Assembly (NCBI GenBank): GCA_013375475.1
Contig: JABXKD010000067.1
Span: forward strand, 1-21,383
Source of the DNA: Promethearchaeota archaeon
Lineage (GTDB): Archaea > Asgardarchaeota > Lokiarchaeia > Sigyniarchaeales > SOKP01
Direction: 5' to 3'
DNA: 21,383 nt
The notes beneath the pieces were generated by a model. The model had not been told where the DNA came from. It did no database searches and saw only the letters and a program-made list of their open reading frames with translations. The position numbers and the translations under genes were made by a program. This document shows, one piece after another, positions 16,041 to 21,383 of the stretch (its first letter is position 1; every line of letters starts with the position of its first letter).

Positions 16041-17495
16041 ATGAGTAAAGACATTAAAGATTTAATAGACTCGGTCGACTCTGCGAACCAAGCGCACTCT
16101 GATTTAGAAATTGTGATTAAACATTTGAAAGAGGAAGTACAGCGTCTTAATTTTACAGTAAGCGAACAGAGAAAAATTATCGAAAACCAAAAATCAAAAA
16201 TTTCGAATAATAACATTCCCGAAGATATTTCCGTGTTAAAAGACTTAGTAACGGAACAACGCCAAGACATAATAAAGAAAGATAAAGATATTGAGATTCT
16301 ACAACAAACTATCACCGATATTTCTTCAGAGCTGGATAATACACAAAAGTTTGAAGACGATAACAAAGAATTGATTTATGCTAACAAAGAGATTGTCCAA
16401 TTAACGGAGGAAAACGAAAGCTATAGAAAACAAGTTGAAGACTTAAATAAGGCAATTAAGGAATTGCAGAACGGAAAAGAGGAGGTAACATATAAAGTTG
16501 GAGAAGAAAGTCCTGAACTTATAGATGCAAAAAAGCTAATTATTAAATTAACGGAAGAAAATGCAATCAATCGCGTACAAATCGAATCTTCAAGGCGTGA
16601 GATCGAAGATCTAAAAAGGAGAGAGCAAGAAAGTGAAGATATAAAAAACCAATATTTTCATGAATTAAACGAAGTAAATAAAATTCTAGACCAACTGACA
16701 TTTGATAACGATCAATATCACGAAAAAGTCAATTACCTTCAACAAAAATTAGAAGAAACAGTACGACTGCAAGAAGAACAGTTTAAAGAAGTTGATAAAA
16801 GCGCAGGCTATGAAGAAACTAATCAAAACTTATTCGATTTAGAAGTAGAGAACAATGAATTGAAAAATATAATTAGTACTAACATTATCGTTATCGAAAA
16901 CTTAAAACAACGGAATCAAGATATCGAAAATAAATTGGAGGAAAAAGCTAAATTTGAAGACCAAAAATTAGACGATCTTCGACAGAAAGCTTTAGAAAGA
17001 GACGAAGAGTTAAATACCTTAAATCTTAAATTGCAGAAGATAGAAACTGCTAATAAACAACTAAGCGATTTAATTGTAGAATTAAAAGTTCTAGAAGACA
17101 CTATAGAGGATCGCGTTGAACTTGTAACTATTCCTAAGCAAACTGTTTTTGAGAACTATCCCCCCACATTATTTTTTAAGATGTATAAAATGCTCTCTAA
17201 TGATTATAAGATGTTAATCGTGGATCAACTTATAGAAGATTTAAAGAGCGTTAATAGAGATTCTAGAACTTACGCCATAAAGATACTAAGCGCAATTAGA
17301 GGTCCTAAAATATTTGATAAATTAAAAGAACTTGTAAAAGATGAGGATTGGATTGTTAAACTTTACCTAATAAAAGCTTTACGCAATTTTGAAACTCACG
17401 AATCCGCTGAGATATTGAAAATTCTTCAAGAAGATGGAGATCCTGACGTTCGAGAAGCTGCTGTAGAAATGATCTGTAAGTTAAATATCCAATAA
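16041..17495 (+). CDS. Long coiled-coil protein with C-terminal HEAT repeats
   Basis: About 350 aa of E/K/Q/N/L-rich heptad-like sequence, then LIEDLKS.NRDSRTYAIKIL, LVKDEDWIVKLYLIKAL and LQEDGDPDVREAAVEMI. Confidence 0.85.
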   Translation: MSKDIKDLIDSVDSANQAHSDLEIVIKHLKEEVQRLNFTVSEQRKIIENQKSKISNNNIPEDISVLKDLVTEQRQDIIKKDKDIEILQQTITDISSELDNTQKFEDDNKELIYANKEIVQLTEENESYRKQVEDLNKAIKELQNGKEEVTYKVGEESPELIDAKKLIIKLTEENAINRVQIESSRREIEDLKRREQESEDIKNQYFHELNEVNKILDQLTFDNDQYHEKVNYLQQKLEETVRLQEEQFKEVDKSAGYEETNQNLFDLEVENNELKNIISTNIIVIENLKQRNQDIENKLEEKAKFEDQKLDDLRQKALERDEELNTLNLKLQKIETANKQLSDLIVELKVLEDTIEDRVELVTIPKQTVFENYPPTLFFKMYKMLSNDYKMLIVDQLIEDLKSVNRDSRTYAIKILSAIRGPKIFDKLKELVKDEDWIVKLYLIKALRNFETHESAEILKILQEDGDPDVREAAVEMICKLNIQ

Positions 17496-17630
17496 TTTTT
17501 TTTATTATTCCGTTAATAGCTTTTTTTATAAAAAATTATATTCGAATAAAACAATAATTAAGGATAAGGTATAAGCTAATATTTACATGTTTTCTATCTA
17601 ATCTAAACTATCTTTCAACGATTGAATAAC

Positions 17631-17891
17631 ATGGTAAGGGAACTAACTGTTAACAGATGGAATTGGTCTCAAAAAGATAATAAATGGGTTTATATTGAGA
17701 GCAAAGACAACGGAAAGTTAGTGTATCATTATCAAATAAATCCTCCTAAACAATTCACCGAATCAATCTCAAAAATCAAGATTTTAAACGATAAATTGGT
17801 CGCGTGTAAAGATCAAGAAGAAAACTCTAAAATTTTTAGGGAAATGATGAAAATATCCAAAAGAATGCAATTTATGAGTAAAACCTGCTAA
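17631..17891 (+). CDS. Small basic hypothetical protein
   Basis: ATG 17631 (MVRELTVNRWNWSQKDNKWVYIE); protein-like composition; the ORF is flanked by AT-rich intergenic DNA. Confidence 0.7.
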   Translation: MVRELTVNRWNWSQKDNKWVYIESKDNGKLVYHYQINPPKQFTESISKIKILNDKLVACKDQEENSKIFREMMKISKRMQFMSKTC

Positions 17892-18063
17892 TACTACTTT
17901 AATTGCTAAAATGCCTTCTAGAGTAATAGAATATTAATATTTCAGTAAATTTCTTATTAATGATAATTATTTATTTATAGGCGTTTACAGAAATAAATCT
18001 CAAGATTTTATACCCTTACTATAATAATTTATATTAAAGAATAGTAATTAAAGGGGATTAATT

Positions 18064-18867
18064 ATAAAAATCGCAGTGTCTGGTAAGGGCGGGGTTGGTA
18101 AAACCTTAGTTTCCGGGACTTTAGCCCGGTTATTTGCTAAGGATGGTTTTAAAGTGTTAGCAATCGATAACGATTCGGCAATGAATTTAAGTTATACGCT
18201 GGGAATTGAAGAAGAAGTTAAATCAAAGATCGTTCCGATATCGGAAATGAAAGAAATGATTATGGAACGCACGGTAGTGAAGGGTGCGGGTTCTGGAGCT
18301 TATAACATCAACCCAGAAGTATCTGATATTCCTGATAGGTTCAAAGTTACAGGTCCAGACGACTTACAGCTTTTAGTGCTTGGAGGTATTGAAGAACCGG
18401 CTACTGGCTGTTTATGTCCTGAAAATGCATTAATAAGAACATTGTTATATAATCTTTTTGTGAAAAGAGACGAAGTTGTGGTGGTCGATTTCGAAGCGGG
18501 TTTAGAACACTTAGGGCGCGGGACTGCCAAAGGAATCGATGTTATGCTAGTAGTTACTGAACCATCCCAGAAATCCTTAGATCTCTCCTTAAAAATAATA
18601 GAATTATCGAAAAAATTAGGAGTTATAAATATCTATCTCGTTGCTAATAAAGTAATAGATGATTCGCAAATAGATATCATCAATGATCGAATAAAATCAT
18701 GGAAGGTCCCATTGTATCATTCTGTTCCTTACGATCTTGAAATTGGGAAAGCTGATCTTGAAGGTATTTCTCCAATAGATTTTAACCCCAATTCAAAAGC
18801 TATTAACTCCGTTAAAAGTCTATATAGCAAATTAAAGAAACTCAAATTAGAACTATTTGATTTATAG
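18064..18867 (+). CDS. cooC: CooC-type nickel-insertion ATPase (CODH/ACS maturation)
   Basis: (M)KIAVSGKGGVGKT, AIDND, the CxC motif in GCLCPENAL, VDFEAGLEHLGRGTA and VANKV. The conserved N-terminus begins at ATA 18064. Confidence 0.9.
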   Translation: MKIAVSGKGGVGKTLVSGTLARLFAKDGFKVLAIDNDSAMNLSYTLGIEEEVKSKIVPISEMKEMIMERTVVKGAGSGAYNINPEVSDIPDRFKVTGPDDLQLLVLGGIEEPATGCLCPENALIRTLLYNLFVKRDEVVVVDFEAGLEHLGRGTAKGIDVMLVVTEPSQKSLDLSLKIIELSKKLGVINIYLVANKVIDDSQIDIINDRIKSWKVPLYHSVPYDLEIGKADLEGISPIDFNPNSKAINSVKSLYSKLKKLKLELFDL

Positions 18868-18971
18868 CTTAGTAGAGGTATTCTAAACCTCCCAAGTTTT
18901 CTCGTTTAGCATCAAAAACACAATATATATAGACTATATATCTAAGCAATTTATAAGCTAATTTTGTTATG

Positions 18972-18988
18972 TGGATTGGAGCAATCCA
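18972..18988. promoter_or_regulatory. Perfect 7-bp inverted repeat, possible operator or 5' UTR hairpin
   Basis: TGGATTG-GAG-CAATCCA, about 40 nt upstream of the 19027 ATG. Confidence 0.35.
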
Positions 18989-19026
18989 AAAATTATGAAA
19001 ATTACTAAAAGGAGGGATGAATCAAG

Positions 19027-19212
19027 ATGGTGAAGAAAAAAGAAAATTTACTGGTCTTAGGGATGTTATGCTTGATTTCGGCGTTTGTTTTTGAAATGTT
19101 CGGTAATCCGAACTTAGTTCTTGATGTTATTATGTTGTTTTTCATAGCTATTGCGATTTTCTCTAATGCGTGGTATTTAGTACTATCAACTACTAACCAA
19201 AAGAAGAAATAG
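19027..19212 (+). CDS. Small 2-TM membrane protein
   Basis: Two hydrophobic helices with basic termini; upstream AGGAGGGA. Confidence 0.7.
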   Translation: MVKKKENLLVLGMLCLISAFVFEMFGNPNLVLDVIMLFFIAIAIFSNAWYLVLSTTNQKKK

Positions 19213-19235
19213 TCTATTTTTTTTAGATATACTAG

Positions 19236-19478
19236 TTATAACATATCAGACAAATCAAGGCTTTGATCGTTTGCGATTTCTTTCCATTGCTCAATCGCTT
19301 CTATTGCCTCTTTCTCGTCCATTTGCTCAATAGCATAACCAGCGTGAACAATAACATATTTTCCAACTTCAGGATTTAACACTAAAGCTATGATGACATC
19401 TTGCTGTATTCCATCGAAATCAACAAGTGCAGAATTTCCGTCAATTTTAACTATTTTACCAGGTATAGCGAGACACAT
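19236..19478 (-). CDS. hypC: [NiFe]-hydrogenase maturation chaperone HypC
   Basis: N-terminal MCLAIPGKIV and VGKYVIVHAGYAI motifs. Confidence 0.96.
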   Translation of the reverse strand: MCLAIPGKIVKIDGNSALVDFDGIQQDVIIALVLNPEVGKYVIVHAGYAIEQMDEKEAIEAIEQWKEIANDQSLDLSDML

Positions 19479-19650
19479 AATTTTTTAGCAAAACGATTTT
19501 AACTATACTCTTAAATATTCTAGCCTAAAAAAAATTAATGATTATGGTTGGTTAGTGATCATTAATCTCTATTTATTTTACTCGAACCCTTTATATAACT
19601 TAGCGTAATAATTTATCTTAACAGAATATCATAATTTTAAGTGTAAAAGT

Positions 19651-20202
19651 ATGATTTTAGATAAACTAAAAAAAACTCCCAGTGATTTAATACTCCTAAT
19701 AGGCGCAGCAATAGGAGTTATAATTCTTCTAACAATCAATATTGTGATTTTTGAGCCCATGTCAACAGCTGTTTATATATATGGTATCTTGGATTTCGAA
19801 TTTGCGTGGACTAAAGAGCAAATTTTAACGATTTTCTTCACATGGGGGCCTTTAGGTATGGAATTACAAGCAGCAGGAGTATATTGGGATTTTCTTTACA
19901 TTTTCGGCTACGTTGTACCTCTTTTTGCTTTGATAGTGTACTTTTCGAGAAGGCTAGAAGATAGAATCGCAACCATCGGATTGTATATGAGCTTAACACC
20001 CATAGTAGCAGGAATTTTTGATTTAATTGAAAATATTAATTTGTTAATCATGCTTAACGACCCGTCAGATTTTGCATCATTCGTACCATTAATCGCTTCG
20101 TTATCAGCAACTATTAAATTCGGGTTCTTGATAGTCGGGGCAATTTTCTTCTTAGTAGCGTTAGTATTAGTTATAATTAAAAAGATCAAGAAAGAAGACT
20201 AG
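19651..20202 (+). CDS. 4-TM membrane protein, hypothetical
   Basis: GILDFEFAW, YWDFLYIFGY, AGIFDLIEN and ATIKFG motifs between TM helices. Confidence 0.8.
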   Translation: MILDKLKKTPSDLILLIGAAIGVIILLTINIVIFEPMSTAVYIYGILDFEFAWTKEQILTIFFTWGPLGMELQAAGVYWDFLYIFGYVVPLFALIVYFSRRLEDRIATIGLYMSLTPIVAGIFDLIENINLLIMLNDPSDFASFVPLIASLSATIKFGFLIVGAIFFLVALVLVIIKKIKKED

Positions 20203-20266
20203 TTGTCTTTCCTTTTATTTTTTAATGAGCAACAGAGTCAGATAGGTTTTATAAAAAAGAGATCAT

Positions 20267-21049
20267 TTAAATCTTGTCGCTGTACTGGTTCAATAAATCG
20301 TCCAACCAGTTATAGATCTCTTCCTTCGATAAATTGCCTACGTTAAATTTCAACCGCTCGATTTCTTTCAAAAGATCTATCATCTCTAATGGGATTGATC
20401 TTTGGCACAGCTCGAATAACATTTCGTTGGTTTTTGAGATTAAGTATTTGACCTTTGATACTATAGGCTCCATGTTGGGCATATCTTCGAGGCGAACAAG
20501 AATATTTATAAGACTAAACAAAAATTCTGTTTTATTCCCTTTAAAAGAGCTGTCAAATTGATAGTAATATCGATCAAAATATTCCCTTGGAACGATTTCG
20601 TCGTATTTATTCGCTATTTTAATGACCGATTTAATGTTTTTAAATAATAGCGAAGGAGTCCACGTAAAAGCTTGATAATTAGCCTCAATCTTTCCACTAT
20701 GAAGCACCGGGATAAACTTATGGTCTTCCTTAAAATGACCAAAAGGCATAATGATAAAATCTAACGAGTCTGAAGAGGAGTAATCTTTCACGTTAATATA
20801 CAAATTCATTAAAGTGTGGATAAGTTCGGTACGATGATCGATAACATCGAACTCTATAGTATTTAAGGATGGTTTGTATATATAAAATAAGAGCCCTTCA
20901 AAACCCTGGATTTCTAAGTCTAACGAGAAGTTAAACATCTCAACTGAAGCATCTTCAGTCTTAAATCTCATATCTAACATAATGTGGGAATAATTCTCTA
21001 TATACGGGAAAAACCAGGGAGGATTTCTTTCGGTTTCAAACGATATCAT
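20267..21049 (-). CDS. Hypothetical protein
   Basis: 260-aa ORF with ATG and upstream AGGAGTAG; no recognisable motif. Confidence 0.75.
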   Translation of the reverse strand: MISFETERNPPWFFPYIENYSHIMLDMRFKTEDASVEMFNFSLDLEIQGFEGLLFYIYKPSLNTIEFDVIDHRTELIHTLMNLYINVKDYSSSDSLDFIIMPFGHFKEDHKFIPVLHSGKIEANYQAFTWTPSLLFKNIKSVIKIANKYDEIVPREYFDRYYYQFDSSFKGNKTEFLFSLINILVRLEDMPNMEPIVSKVKYLISKTNEMLFELCQRSIPLEMIDLLKEIERLKFNVGNLSKEEIYNWLDDLLNQYSDKI

Positions 21050-21194
21050 TTACCATCTACTCCTAATATATCTCATTAAGATGATTTATATATATATTAT
21101 ACCTATTTATACTTCTGCACTTGAAGAAATAAGTGCACATAATTAATCACTACCACTATTTTTAATATTTGCGATCTAAACCTCTAAATTTTGG

Positions 21195-21235
21195 TTATTT
21201 AAAGTTTGGTTTTAAAAAAACTCCAATATCTCCTC
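21195..21235 (-). pseudogene. Degenerate copy of the 3' end of the 21285..>21383 gene
   Basis: GAG GAG ATA TTG GAG TTT TTT T-A AAA CCA AAC TTT AAA TAA versus AAG GAG ATA TTA GAA TTC TTC TCA AAA CCA AAT TCA AAA TAG, with a 1-nt deletion. Confidence 0.65.
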
Positions 21236-21284
21236 AAATTATACTTTTAATTCAAAATTGCTATCGATCCCGAAAGGGCTCCCA

Positions 21285-21383
21285 CTATTTTGAATTTGGT
21301 TTTGAGAAGAATTCTAATATCTCCTTCCCATGAATTTCATTATAATGATTGCACGGTACATGACCACAGGATCTACACCTCGG
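21285..21383 (-). CDS. 3' end of a gene running off the window, Cys/His-rich (possible Zn site)
   Basis: Reads PRCRSCGHVPCNHYNEIHGKEILEFFSKPNSK*. Confidence 0.6.
   Translation of the reverse strand, partial: PRCRSCGHVPCNHYNEIHGKEILEFFSKPNSK

Noticed and set aside
16041-17495. SMC/Rad50 or myosin-like motor
   Set aside because: There are no Walker motifs, hinge or motor domain; the resemblance is only coiled-coil composition.
18064-18867. ParA/MinD partition ATPase
   Set aside because: The GCLCP and EAGLEHLGRG motifs are diagnostic of CooC.
1164-20561. Short opposite-strand ORFs (1164, 3152, 7687, 10900, 13472, 13688, 16025, 16916, 18300, 19908, 20334)
   Set aside because: All are antisense shadows of well-supported genes and carry no motifs of their own.
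21249-21296. SECIS element or selenoprotein recoding
   Set aside because: No AUGA/GA core is recognisable, and I found no in-frame TGA interrupting a conserved gene in the window.

Overview
This AT-rich window looks like a Lokiarchaeota-type (Asgard) archaeal chromosome segment. That assignment is inferred from gene content: a Rab-like small GTPase with a longin/uDENN-like N-terminal extension, a single-domain gelsolin, a UPF0147 protein, a fused ADP-forming acyl-CoA synthetase, and a tRNA-Pro(CGG) with a BHB-type intron. Other genes are a 5'-truncated PEP synthase, an FG-GAP propeller, an HGSNAT-like acyltransferase, two tandem M29 aminopeptidases, a ferredoxin-nitroreductase, two DUF4190-like membrane proteins, a DRTGG protein, a cyclophilin, a coiled-coil/HEAT protein, CooC and HypC. 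Reading beyond the ORF track gave six further observations. (1) A tandem pair of hyper-acidic microproteins (57 and 48 aa) with conserved DDWD and DDYNDGxWDE motifs and a duplicated upstream block; they resemble the Trp-acidic Arp2/3-binding motifs of WASP/cortactin, or Sem1/DSS1. (2) A 27-nt tRNA intron at non-canonical position 25/26, and an atypical A37. (3) A groEL 3' end plus a groES-like start fused in frame to the middle of ppsA at the left edge. (4) Two back-to-back 5'-truncated genes meeting at about 14330-14345. (5) Two short, synonymously diverged 'echoes' of gene 3' ends just downstream of their genes. (6) A probable ATA/ATT start codon for cooC. No database searches were run; family calls come from motif recognition.
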